Shown: positions 7,054 to 15,685 of the stretch, piece by piece
Numbering within the stretch: the first letter of the stretch is position 1
How the letters are laid out: every line of letters starts with the position of its first letter
Virus record (IMG/VR): IMGVR_UViG_3300007609_000008
Span: 61,422 to 125,421 of that record
Source of the DNA: a virus
Reading direction: 5' to 3' (one strand)
Length of the DNA: 64,000 nt
Notes under the pieces: generated by a model
Told to the model about the DNA's origin: nothing
Database searches by the model: none
Seen by the model: only the letters and a program-made list of their open reading frames with translations
Made by a program: the position numbers and the translations under genes

Positions 7054-8872
7054 ATCTCGTATTTTGGCCATTCTGATAGAATCTAAACGAGCTATCGTTA
7101 TTCCTCACAGAGCTAGGAGATACTAGAATAGGAGTCGATTGATTGCCTGAAGTATTGTTAGTAGTATTATTAAATATATTCGTTACGTTATTCACTACTT
7201 GATTGAACGCTTCTGTCATATTTCCTACAGCGTCAGCAGTTGGAGTTACTTGAGGATCAATACCTTGAGCATCCAAAGTCTTGACACCAGAACCAGGAAT
7301 AGTTAGCATATCTGGTTCTGTGCTTTCGTTGTATCCATTTTCTAGTGCTGGTACTATAACGGCTGAACGCATGTGTGGATTTTGTTCTAAAAATACTTCT
7401 CTCTGTTGTGGATTCATGTTTTTAACAGCTTGTATCAAAGCAGGATTATTTTTTTGCTTTTCTTGAATTTCTGTTTTTGATAACTGTGTTGTTGGACTAG
7501 ACGCAACAACATCTGGTTCAGTATATCCTGCTCTTTCCATTTGTATTTTTTGTATTTCTTCACGATCAATTGTTCCATATTCTTCCATGTTTCGTCTTTC
7601 TACTGAACTCAATGGGGCAGTTGTAGTAGTTTCTTTTCCGCCCGCTGTTCTTCTAGTTCTTTCTGGTCCATCAGGGAGAGAATTCTCTCCTATAGGATTT
7701 TCAATCAATATGTTTGCTGCTGCTGCGAGTAATCCACCCACAACTATAAGTGGAGCAGCAACCGCCGCCGTTGTTCCAGTTGCTCCGGCTGCTACAGCAG
7801 TTCCAACCAGTGATGCACCAGTTACCAATGCTCTGGCAGCTCTACGAAATAAACCTGGCTTTGGCTTTTTATTATTAGGTCTTCTATTATTTCCGCCATT
7901 TCTATTTGAGTTTACATTATTTAAATCCATATCCATATCAGGCATAAAACCGTTCATACCACCACTCGAATTGAAAGACTCCATCTCCTTCAATTGCGCT
8001 AGAATCTGCTCTAGTAATTCTACCTGTTGATTGGCTAATGATTCTCTGTCAGTGCCAGATACAAAAGTCTCACCTCCTTCAGCATTTTGTTGAGATATAG
8101 TAGCTTTAGAAGTATTAGTAGCTTTAGAAGTATTAGTAGATGGGTTCTTTTCAATTTTTTCAATTACAGTATTTTCTGATTTTGTGTTCTCTGACAAGCC
8201 TGTCATTTGTGCGACTTCTGATAACGCTGCCATTTGAGATGCTCTTAGATTTTCATCCTCTAGATCTCTTCTTTCTTTTTTTATTATACTGTTAGCGGTG
8301 GGCTTCAATCCAAACATTTTTTCCAAGGTAAACGCTTGTTTCAATGAATCTTTGACGCCAAGTCCTTCGTCTGTTTTCATAAATTTACGAAAAACACTTC
8401 CGGTTATACTTCCTCTTCCTGCATCTTTTGCTAGAGTTTTCTGTGCCTTATCTAGACCTAAATTTTTAACAAGAGCATCGCCCTGATCTCCTGCAGAGAG
8501 TTTTATTTTTTCAATTTGTTTTACTAAATCTTTAATCGCTCTAACATTTGACTTACCTGTTTTTTCCTGAGCTTCTGCCATTTTTTTGATGAGAAGGCTC
8601 AATTCTTTTTTTGTATCATCGTCTGAATCTTCTAATATACTTTGTACTGCTTCTGTGTTATCTCCTAAATTTTTTGCCATAATAGAAGATGCAGATGAAA
8701 TTTTGTTTTTTGCGGACAGAGAAGATTTACCAGGATTGATGGCAGTTCTAATAGTTTCAACAAGTGCCGTTTTACCATCTTTAGTAAAGCGATTATTATT
8801 CTCAGTATCTTGCACATTAGCACCAGAAAATCCTTCGTCTAATATGTTTTTGCCTGATATTTTATATGACAT
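7052..8872 (-). CDS. putative baseplate hub / tape measure protein (gp29-like)
   Basis: 606 aa, helical low-complexity, Ala/Gly-rich hydrophobic stretch, NNTTNN-rich C-terminus; directly after gp26/gp51-like genes. Confidence 0.55.
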   Translation of the reverse strand: MSYKISGKNILDEGFSGANVQDTENNNRFTKDGKTALVETIRTAINPGKSSLSAKNKISSASSIMAKNLGDNTEAVQSILEDSDDDTKKELSLLIKKMAEAQEKTGKSNVRAIKDLVKQIEKIKLSAGDQGDALVKNLGLDKAQKTLAKDAGRGSITGSVFRKFMKTDEGLGVKDSLKQAFTLEKMFGLKPTANSIIKKERRDLEDENLRASQMAALSEVAQMTGLSENTKSENTVIEKIEKNPSTNTSKATNTSKATISQQNAEGGETFVSGTDRESLANQQVELLEQILAQLKEMESFNSSGGMNGFMPDMDMDLNNVNSNRNGGNNRRPNNKKPKPGLFRRAARALVTGASLVGTAVAAGATGTTAAVAAPLIVVGGLLAAAANILIENPIGENSLPDGPERTRRTAGGKETTTTAPLSSVERRNMEEYGTIDREEIQKIQMERAGYTEPDVVASSPTTQLSKTEIQEKQKNNPALIQAVKNMNPQQREVFLEQNPHMRSAVIVPALENGYNESTEPDMLTIPGSGVKTLDAQGIDPQVTPTADAVGNMTEAFNQVVNNVTNIFNNTTNNTSGNQSTPILVSPSSVRNNDSSFRFYQNGQNTR

Positions 8873-9030
8873 TACTGTTTACTCTGTTGTTTATCTGCTT
8901 TCTTTTTTAGATGTGTTATTAGCATACCAACATAAACTTCTCTTTCCCAAGGCATCATATTTTCCAATTCAGTTAAGCTATAATGATGCTCTTGCATTAA
9001 CAAAAAATTCGTTTTGTAATAGTTTTCCAT
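8872..9030 (-). CDS. gp51: gp51-like baseplate hub assembly segment (52 aa), not in ORF track
   Basis: MENYYKTNFLLMQEHHYSLTELENMMPWEREVYVGML; TAATG overlap with the downstream gene; no SD. Confidence 0.85.
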   Translation of the reverse strand: MENYYKTNFLLMQEHHYSLTELENMMPWEREVYVGMLITHLKKKADKQQSKQ

Positions 9031-9047
9031 CGAATCTTGAGAAAGAG

Positions 9048-9752
9048 TTAGGCGAAAAAATGATCATATCCGTTGATCATTATTTTATTTCTAGTGTTAC
9101 ACTCTGAGCATTCATAATCTACTTCATGTATTAACGCCGGAATATTTTTAAAAAATTCTGATGCTTTGTTAATTACTTCAACTGGCAAATTGTCAATAAA
9201 TTCTATCATTTCCTCTGATGTTTCATCTGCAGGGTTTATAACTTCTTCGCCTTGGTAGATATAAGAAATAGAATTTAGCAATATTTCTATATCATCTAAT
9301 TCATTTTCTTTCATTTGAATTTCAGCAGAAGGATACTTCAGTACAATGCCCGTTGTCTCTGATAGTTCTATTTTTGTTTCGGTATTTTCTTGATCTCCTA
9401 CTACCTCAAACTCAGATACGTCCATCTCATAATTTATTTGATTGTTGCAGTTTCCACAGCTCAATACAAAAGACTGTTCGTTGCCAATAGATTTTGTTCT
9501 TAATTGCAAGAAAGTCCATTGCAATTGATACATTGCTAATTTTCTTGCATCTATCTCGCCAAAAGAACAATTTTCTACTACTTGGCAACAGGCAGAATAC
9601 ATATCTTCCATGACTTCTGATGCTGCTGCCAGTGTCAAAATTTTATTTTCTTTCACTAAGAAAGGTCTAAATTTAATTTTATCTTTTATGCCTGGTATTA
9701 CTAAATCAAATGTTGGCACATCAATTACGGGTAAAGCCATTATAATCTCCAA
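9048..9752 (-). CDS. gp26: baseplate hub assembly chaperone
   Basis: MALPVIDVPTF..IKFRPFLVKE.KIL, LRTKSIG, two CxxC pairs, C-terminal FFA; likely start 9740 (GGAG). Confidence 0.9.
   Translation of the reverse strand: MEIIMALPVIDVPTFDLVIPGIKDKIKFRPFLVKENKILTLAAASEVMEDMYSACCQVVENCSFGEIDARKLAMYQLQWTFLQLRTKSIGNEQSFVLSCGNCNNQINYEMDVSEFEVVGDQENTETKIELSETTGIVLKYPSAEIQMKENELDDIEILLNSISYIYQGEEVINPADETSEEMIEFIDNLPVEVINKASEFFKNIPALIHEVDYECSECNTRNKIMINGYDHFFA
9054..9060 (-). promoter_or_regulatory. putative -1 programmed ribosomal frameshift heptamer T_TTT_TTC
   Basis: CAT TTT TTC GCC TAA at the gp26 end; the -1 frame reads FFRLTLSQDS-MENYY into the gp51-like ORF without a stop. Confidence 0.65.
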
Positions 9753-9761
9753 TAATTTACA

Positions 9762-10403
9762 TTAACTTGACTGTGAAATTCTTCTCACAAATTCTTCTAA
9801 TACTGTTAATTCTGTTGTTTCGTCTGTCACTTCTTGTTCCCGAACAACAGTTGTTCCTACTTCATCGTAAACTCTTTCCCAATACTTAGCTGAAAAGGAA
9901 ACAGACATACGTAAAAACCCAGAATTACTCCATGATACTGGTGTTATATTTATTAGCTTTGGTATAGCTTCGTATATTTTCCATTTAGCTATTACGTTGT
10001 CTCTGATATTTAGAGATCTTACTTCTAGATCTGCAACAGAGTTTTCATAGAACGCAATTTCTTTTGATCTAGGGTTTACACTTGCTTTTATCCAATTTTC
10101 AAAAAGTTCTCTGCCCTTCCAGTCCTCGTCAATCAAAAAAGTAAAAACAATATCAGTTGACAAGAACTCAAGATTTTGTGTTCTGTATTCTGTCCATGCA
10201 CCTATTTTTATGGGCAAATTAGTTGCAGAAAATCCTGGTATCTGTGCTTCTTCGCAAAATAAAGATAGTCTTCTTATATCTCCGCCATCTGGTTTGTAAT
10301 TTCGGGGAAAAGAAAAGGTTGCCTCAAATCTATCAGAACGAGGCGTATGTTGTTTTCTTATATCAGAGATAAAAGTTTTTAGATTTGATTGGGAATTAGC
10401 CAT
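9762..10403 (-). CDS. tail tube initiator / tube-like protein (gp54-like)
   Basis: gp19/gp54-like pattern (CEEAQIPG, FTFLID, FENWI, YEAIPK, VSFSAKYW); synteny with gp26, gp2, gp4. Confidence 0.7.
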   Translation of the reverse strand: MANSQSNLKTFISDIRKQHTPRSDRFEATFSFPRNYKPDGGDIRRLSLFCEEAQIPGFSATNLPIKIGAWTEYRTQNLEFLSTDIVFTFLIDEDWKGRELFENWIKASVNPRSKEIAFYENSVADLEVRSLNIRDNVIAKWKIYEAIPKLINITPVSWSNSGFLRMSVSFSAKYWERVYDEVGTTVVREQEVTDETTELTVLEEFVRRISQSS

Positions 10404-10971
10404 TGATTATGTCTCTACTGTCTCTGTATACTTTTTGTAGTGAAGCGCCTTCGAAGTTATGTGTCGGCAAAAATATTGCTGCTTTCCAATGTTCTGGATT
10501 AATTTTAAAAAATCTACTGTTCACTTGGCTATACAAATATTTTTTAACAGATGGCTGAACTTGAGGAAACTTGCCAAAGTTTTTCAGCAAGCTCCAACTC
10601 ACTTCTATCTTACTTTTTTCTGATATATTTTTATCAGTGTAATTTAGAAGTTCGCCTAATAGTTTTGCTCGCTGTAGATAAGGTAAGTAATGCATGTTGA
10701 TGCCCACAAACCCTCCTGATATATCATCGAAGGGCAAGCAAAGTGGAAATTGATCCCAATAAGGAAGAGTGTTTTTGTGTTTAGGATCATAGACATACAT
10801 GTACATGTTGCCTGGTTCAAGCCTAGTTACAAATTCTCCCAAGTCTGTTTTAGACGCATCGCTGAATGAGTCTATGTTGCTCGCAACTTTACGAACATTA
10901 TCTTGATACCACCTAAACGACCTGTCTTGATCGCCAGCGTTGGTTCTTATATTTTCAAAAGGATTAGCCAT
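10396..10971 (-). CDS. gp2: DNA end protector protein
   Basis: PGNMYMYVYDPKHKNTLPYWDQFPL, GINMHYLP..R, VKKYL. Confidence 0.92.
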   Translation of the reverse strand: MANPFENIRTNAGDQDRSFRWYQDNVRKVASNIDSFSDASKTDLGEFVTRLEPGNMYMYVYDPKHKNTLPYWDQFPLCLPFDDISGGFVGINMHYLPYLQRAKLLGELLNYTDKNISEKSKIEVSWSLLKNFGKFPQVQPSVKKYLYSQVNSRFFKINPEHWKAAIFLPTHNFEGASLQKVYRDSRDIING

Positions 10972-10976
10972 ACTCT

Positions 10977-10984
10977 TATTTATA
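10977..10984 (-). promoter_or_regulatory. late promoter TATAAATA for gp2
   Basis: Exact consensus on minus strand just upstream of the ATG. Confidence 0.75.
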
Positions 10985-10985
10985 A

Positions 10986-11432
10986 TCAGATTCCAAGTTC
11001 TTTCTCAGTAATAATCATAAATTCCCAGTTTCTATCAAGACAGAATTCTTTAGCTGCTTCCCACTTTGCTAGATTTACGCCCCACTGTTTGACTTCGTTG
11101 ATGAATCTTTTTGTAGTTCTTTTAGGTTTTTTGGGTTCTTGTGTAAATCGTTTAGGCTTTACTTCAACTAAACAATATCTAACCTTGTCTTTGCTTCTGA
11201 CTTTCACAAAGAAGTCAACGAAATATCTGTGTACTTTGTTGTCTAATGGTGAACGATAAGGAATCACAATTTCTTCTGATCCCCACTCTAAAACTGAGCC
11301 ACTAATATCACACCAATTCATGAACTTGAGTTCGTAGCTAGAACGATAAATAATTTGTGTTACATTGCCTTTGTACTTTGCAGGATTTCTTGGCTGAAAT
11401 CTGCCCGAATAAACTTCTTTTGAATATGTCAT
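10986..11432 (-). CDS. gp4: head completion nuclease
   Basis: F.PRNP.KY.GN..IIYRSSYE, WGSEEIVIPY, YFVDF, EVKP, KWEAAKEFC...WEF.IITEKEL. Confidence 0.95.
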   Translation of the reverse strand: MTYSKEVYSGRFQPRNPAKYKGNVTQIIYRSSYELKFMNWCDISGSVLEWGSEEIVIPYRSPLDNKVHRYFVDFFVKVRSKDKVRYCLVEVKPKRFTQEPKKPKRTTKRFINEVKQWGVNLAKWEAAKEFCLDRNWEFMIITEKELGI

Positions 11433-11451
11433 CTACTGAATCTTTTTCTGT

Positions 11452-11483
11452 TATAAATAAATAAAAATAATACACTATTTATC
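11452..11483. promoter_or_regulatory. divergent late promoters: TATAAATA (+, 11452-11459) and GATAAATA (-, 11476-11483)
   Basis: Located between divergent gp4 and ORF 11501. Confidence 0.7.
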
Positions 11484-11500
11484 AAATAGGAAATTAAAAA

Positions 11501-12028
11501 ATGGCCACTATAGTTACAAGAGCGAGTCTTCCAAGAGCCCTTACCACTGAGGAAATGGATGCTAACTTTACTAATTTGAATGATGAACTGGCAGCAGTCG
11601 ATTCTGCTGGTAAACTTGATGCAGCAGACGGCACTGCAACAGGAACATTGACCGCAGAAGATATCGTTGCAGATAATGTGACTGCTGATCTTAAAGGCTA
11701 CGGCGAAGCAATGCTGACTACTAGCTCCGCTTCAGGTGCAATCAGTCTAGATTTATCTGCTGCTAATATATTTAAACTAGAATTGGCCGGAGATGTCACT
11801 GTAACATTTACAAATCCTCCTGAAGCAGGTTCTACTTCTGTAGCAACAATTATCGCAATTCAAGATGGCTCTGGTGGACACTCAATTACATGGACAGATG
11901 GAATTTTTGCAGGCGGCGTTGCTCCTCCTGATTCTACAGGAGCAAACGAAGTCGATATATGGACTGCTTTCACATATGATCAAGGCACTTCATATGTGGT
12001 TTCTTTATCGATGAAGGATGTTAGCTAA
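11501..12028 (+). CDS. virion structural / fibre adaptor protein, paralog of 36727
   Basis: MATI..R...LT.EE.DANFTNLNDE N-terminus, beta-rich C-domain, late promoter. Confidence 0.6.
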   Translation: MATIVTRASLPRALTTEEMDANFTNLNDELAAVDSAGKLDAADGTATGTLTAEDIVADNVTADLKGYGEAMLTTSSASGAISLDLSAANIFKLELAGDVTVTFTNPPEAGSTSVATIIAIQDGSGGHSITWTDGIFAGGVAPPDSTGANEVDIWTAFTYDQGTSYVVSLSMKDVS

Positions 12029-13593
12029 TGCCAATTGGTAAGTTTGGATTAGAAAAAACCTGGAGAGCTAGTGGTACTGGTACTACTACTGTTAATACTT
12101 CTGGTAATTTTGATGTGCCATTCGGAAAACATGATATCACAGTAGAGGGTAAAGGTGGCTCAGGTACTGCCGCTGTTCCCTCTAACGTTGCATCTTATAA
12201 TGCCCCAACACCGGGCAACGTAGCGTCTTATAATGCCCCAACACCGGGCAACGTAGCGTCTTATAATGCAGAGTCTGGTGGTAACGTTGCTACTTACAAT
12301 TCAGAAGTAGCCGGCAATCCTGCAACTTACAATCCTGAGTCAGGTGGAAATGCTGCAACTTACAATGCTGACACGCCTGGTAACCCAGCAACTTACAATC
12401 CTGAAACGCCTGGTAACCCAGCAACATACAATGCTATAACTTACAATGCACCGACTTTTGAGCCTGGAAATGAGTCTGGTGGCGGCAATGTAGCGTCATT
12501 TAATTTAGCATTCTTTAGTCCAGGAAATCCGACTTATAATTCAATAAGTTACAATGCACCGACTTTTGAACCTGGCAATGTGTCTGGTGGTGGTAATGTT
12601 TCTGGTGGTGGTGATGTTGCATTTAGTAATCCACCTACGTACAATGCTGTAACGTATAATGCACCATCGTTCGAACCTGGCAATGTGTCTGGTGGTGGTA
12701 ATGTAGCGTCTTATAACTCTCCTACTAACACTCCGGGCAATGCGGCATCGTATAATGCACCATTGTTTGTTCCGGAGATTATATATGGCCCAGGATCTGG
12801 AATACCAAACGATCCATCAGTATATGAGCCTGGTAATCCGACAAGTTATAATCCACCAACATCAACACCTGGCAACCCAGCATCATACAATCCTATAACG
12901 TATAATGCACCATCGGTAACACCTGGTAACGTATCTGGTGGTGGTAATGTTGATTCGCCTGGGACAACAAACTACACTCCGACAACTTATAATCCAATAA
13001 CATATAATGCACCTAGCGTAGTGCCTGGCAACCAAGTAGGCGGAAATTTTGCTGGAAACAATTCAGGAACCTTTTCCCCAAGCAATCCAGCAACGTACAA
13101 TCCTATAACTTATAATGCACCATCGATAGAGCCTGGTAACGTATCTGGTGGTGGTAATGTTGCGTCAAATAATTCTCCTACTCCAGGTACTGTTGCAACT
13201 TATAACTCACCAATAGCTGGAAATGTGGCATCATATAACCCACCTACCGGAGGGAATGTAGCGACATATAATACAGGAGCGAGTAGTAATCCTGCGACAT
13301 ATAACCCAGAGATACCAGGAAATCCTGCTACATATAATGCAGAGGTAACAGGAAATCCTGCAACTTACAATGCGCCTGATGGTGGAAACATAGCGACATA
13401 CAACGCTGCTCAGCCAGCTGTACCTGGAGAACCAGCAACTGCTATGGGAGTAACTTTACCTGGATCTAATGTCGGAGGAACAGATGCTCCGTTCACTCCT
13501 CCACAAAAAGTATCTTATTATGACTATCCAGATTCAGAAACATATCCAGTTACTGTGCCTGATGGAGGCAATGTAGTCATAAAAAGTAATTGA
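12028..13593 (+). CDS. Pro/Asn/Tyr-rich repeat protein, putative virion fibre or decoration
   Basis: About 29 [ST]YN motifs in 11-aa and longer repeats between short globular termini. Confidence 0.65.
   Translation: MPIGKFGLEKTWRASGTGTTTVNTSGNFDVPFGKHDITVEGKGGSGTAAVPSNVASYNAPTPGNVASYNAPTPGNVASYNAESGGNVATYNSEVAGNPATYNPESGGNAATYNADTPGNPATYNPETPGNPATYNAITYNAPTFEPGNESGGGNVASFNLAFFSPGNPTYNSISYNAPTFEPGNVSGGGNVSGGGDVAFSNPPTYNAVTYNAPSFEPGNVSGGGNVASYNSPTNTPGNAASYNAPLFVPEIIYGPGSGIPNDPSVYEPGNPTSYNPPTSTPGNPASYNPITYNAPSVTPGNVSGGGNVDSPGTTNYTPTTYNPITYNAPSVVPGNQVGGNFAGNNSGTFSPSNPATYNPITYNAPSIEPGNVSGGGNVASNNSPTPGTVATYNSPIAGNVASYNPPTGGNVATYNTGASSNPATYNPEIPGNPATYNAEVTGNPATYNAPDGGNIATYNAAQPAVPGEPATAMGVTLPGSNVGGTDAPFTPPQKVSYYDYPDSETYPVTVPDGGNVVIKSN
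12193..12269 (+). repeat. 33-bp perfect tandem repeat (2.3 copies) within the repeat protein
   Basis: TCTTATAATGCCCCAACACCGGGCAACGTAGCG at 12193 and 12226, partial copy at 12259. Confidence 0.95.
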
Positions 13594-13618
13594 CAATTAA
13601 CTAAATATGTTATAGAAT
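13590..13618 (+). promoter_or_regulatory. sigma70-like promoter for the oxygenase/GT cluster
   Basis: TTGACA, 17 nt, TAGAAT. Confidence 0.6.
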
Positions 13619-13644
13619 TGTATATTATTTAAAAGTGAAAAATT

Positions 13645-14235
13645 ATGACTGCAATAAACAAGTATGTTGGTGAGTTACAGTGTTACGCTCACATGAATCG
13701 AGCTTTCACAGAAGAAGAAGTCGAAAAAATTCGAGAAATCGAAGAGCTTCAATCATTTCAAAAAGGCACAGTTGGTGGCAAACTAACTGGTGCTGCATTA
13801 AAAAAAGCCAGAGATTCTGACGTATTCTTTATGGACCATGACGATAATACGGATTGGTTATATCAAAGAATGTCTTATCTAATAGCACAAGCTAATAAAG
13901 ACCACTTTTTATATAATGTAGATGATTTTGGTCCAATGCAGTATACTAAATATCAGATAGATGGTCATTATACATGGCACTGGGATGTTTTCTTTGGCTG
14001 GCAGAAAAACACAAGAAAAATATCAGTTGTAGTATTTCTCAACGAACCTGAAGATTATGAAGGCGGAGAATTTGAAATAGTCACTAATGGAAATCTAGAT
14101 GAAATCAAACAGTTAAAGCCTTTGAAGGGCGATGTATTGTTTTTTGCATCTTGGATGCCACATCGAGTTTTGCCTGTAACTTCAGGCGAAAGAAATACAC
14201 TTGTTACTTGGGTAACTGGTCCTAGAGAATCGTAA
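13645..14235 (+). CDS. 2OG-Fe(II) oxygenase, prolyl 4-hydroxylase-like
   Basis: HWD..., RKISVVVFLN...YEGGEF, HRVLPVTSGER: HxD...H triad plus Arg. Confidence 0.92.
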   Translation: MTAINKYVGELQCYAHMNRAFTEEEVEKIREIEELQSFQKGTVGGKLTGAALKKARDSDVFFMDHDDNTDWLYQRMSYLIAQANKDHFLYNVDDFGPMQYTKYQIDGHYTWHWDVFFGWQKNTRKISVVVFLNEPEDYEGGEFEIVTNGNLDEIKQLKPLKGDVLFFASWMPHRVLPVTSGERNTLVTWVTGPRES

Positions 14236-14963
14236 TGTTTAATTTTTTGAAAAGAAAAGAAAAGCCAATAATTGAATTTTATTGTCATCCAAATGTTGAG
14301 GGTACTATTCCAACTCCTAGGCCAGCGAGCAAACATGTACCAGACTGGTTTAAAAGTATACCACCTACAATGCCTGGGCGTGATGCTAGAAATAGAAAAG
14401 GACTCACTGCAAAAAAATGTATGCCAATGCTGGATGCAATGACACTAGGTTATGTTATACCTCTGTGCGGCGATCTTGGACTGAAGTCTTCTGAAGACTG
14501 TAATACAATTGAAGTTTTTAATCCTGATGAGCTTAAATTGGCAGAGTTTCATGACCTCAATCAGTTGGGGCCAAAAGCTCCAGGAATGCCAGCACCACCT
14601 GTAAAATTTATTAATCATTGGGTGATAAAAACAGCACCAGGCTGGAGCACCCTAATAATACCTCTAGTCAATAATAGTCTTGCAAATCCTCACTTTACTT
14701 GTTTAGGAGGTCTAGTAGACACTGACACCTATCCAAAAGAAATCAACTTTCCTGCTGTCTGGCACACTCCTAATTTTGATGGTTTTCTACCTGCAGGCAC
14801 TCCATTGGTTGTAGCTATACCTATAAAAAGATCTTCTGTTCCGAGAGAATGTGTGACTAGACCAATGACGGATAAAGAATTTAAAGACATTGATATCATA
14901 CATCGAAAACAATGTAATAAATTGCATGTGTATACCGATGAATTGAGAGAGAAAAGAAAATAA
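14235..14963 (+). CDS. conserved phage protein of unknown function (CMPMLDAMTLGYVIP type)
   Basis: Paralog of 14963; C..D....GY.IP, G.VDTD, AGTPL..IP motifs. Confidence 0.6.
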   Translation: MFNFLKRKEKPIIEFYCHPNVEGTIPTPRPASKHVPDWFKSIPPTMPGRDARNRKGLTAKKCMPMLDAMTLGYVIPLCGDLGLKSSEDCNTIEVFNPDELKLAEFHDLNQLGPKAPGMPAPPVKFINHWVIKTAPGWSTLIIPLVNNSLANPHFTCLGGLVDTDTYPKEINFPAVWHTPNFDGFLPAGTPLVVAIPIKRSSVPRECVTRPMTDKEFKDIDIIHRKQCNKLHVYTDELREKRK

Positions 14964-15685
14964 TGTTTTCAATATTTAAGAAAGAAAAAGATATCGAGTT
15001 TGTAGACGTAACTAGAAATGCGTATTTAGATTTTCCTGTTATGATGGCTAAAGATGTTCCTGTGCTAGGAAAAGACGAAAGAATAGAGAAGTTTGGAGTA
15101 AATAAATTTGTACATTGTCCTGGTATGGTAGATTATGCTAAACTAGGTTACGTAATACCTGCTTGGTGCGATATGCGAATTAAAGCAAATAAAGCAGGAG
15201 TAGTGGCTACTATTGGAGACAACAGAAGAGGCACAAGAGGATTTCATTTACCTAAAAAAATGGATCAAACTATTGTCGATGGAATAATAGAACCAGAAGA
15301 CGGTGTTCCCTTGACAGTTCTTCATATAGGCGCCCCTTGGAATATTTTTGTAAATAAAAATATATCTGCATTACTGATGCCTGCAGTTTATCATTCGAAG
15401 GTTTTTGATGATTTACATGTCTGGCCAGGAGTAGTTGATTACAAAAATTTTACTACTGCTAATTTAATTTGTACTCCGAAGCGCAAGTGTGAATTTACAA
15501 TTAAAGCAGGCGAGCCACTCATACATGTGATACCTTTTCTAAATACTCATTTAGAAGCTGGATATGGTCCAGGAACTGAACAACAGGTAGATAAGAGTAG
15601 AAATACTATACTAGGAGGAGACAGTCAATATTACAGAAAGTTTCTTTCTGTAAAAAAAATATTTAGACTGGAAAAAGAAGAATGA
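14963..15685 (+). CDS. conserved phage protein of unknown function (CPGMVDYAKLGYVIP type)
   Basis: Same motif set as 14235 and the same MF...K.K..IEF start. Confidence 0.6.
   Translation: MFSIFKKEKDIEFVDVTRNAYLDFPVMMAKDVPVLGKDERIEKFGVNKFVHCPGMVDYAKLGYVIPAWCDMRIKANKAGVVATIGDNRRGTRGFHLPKKMDQTIVDGIIEPEDGVPLTVLHIGAPWNIFVNKNISALLMPAVYHSKVFDDLHVWPGVVDYKNFTTANLICTPKRKCEFTIKAGEPLIHVIPFLNTHLEAGYGPGTEQQVDKSRNTILGGDSQYYRKFLSVKKIFRLEKEE

Noticed and set aside
10903-11259. 118-aa plus-strand ORF
   Set aside because: Antisense to well-conserved gp4/gp2, with no supporting signals.
12028-13593. Ice-nucleation/antifreeze or collagen identity for the repeat proteins (also 37219-38547)
   Set aside because: No 16-residue AGYGST-type INP repeat, no regular TxT array and no Gly-X-Y triplet periodicity.
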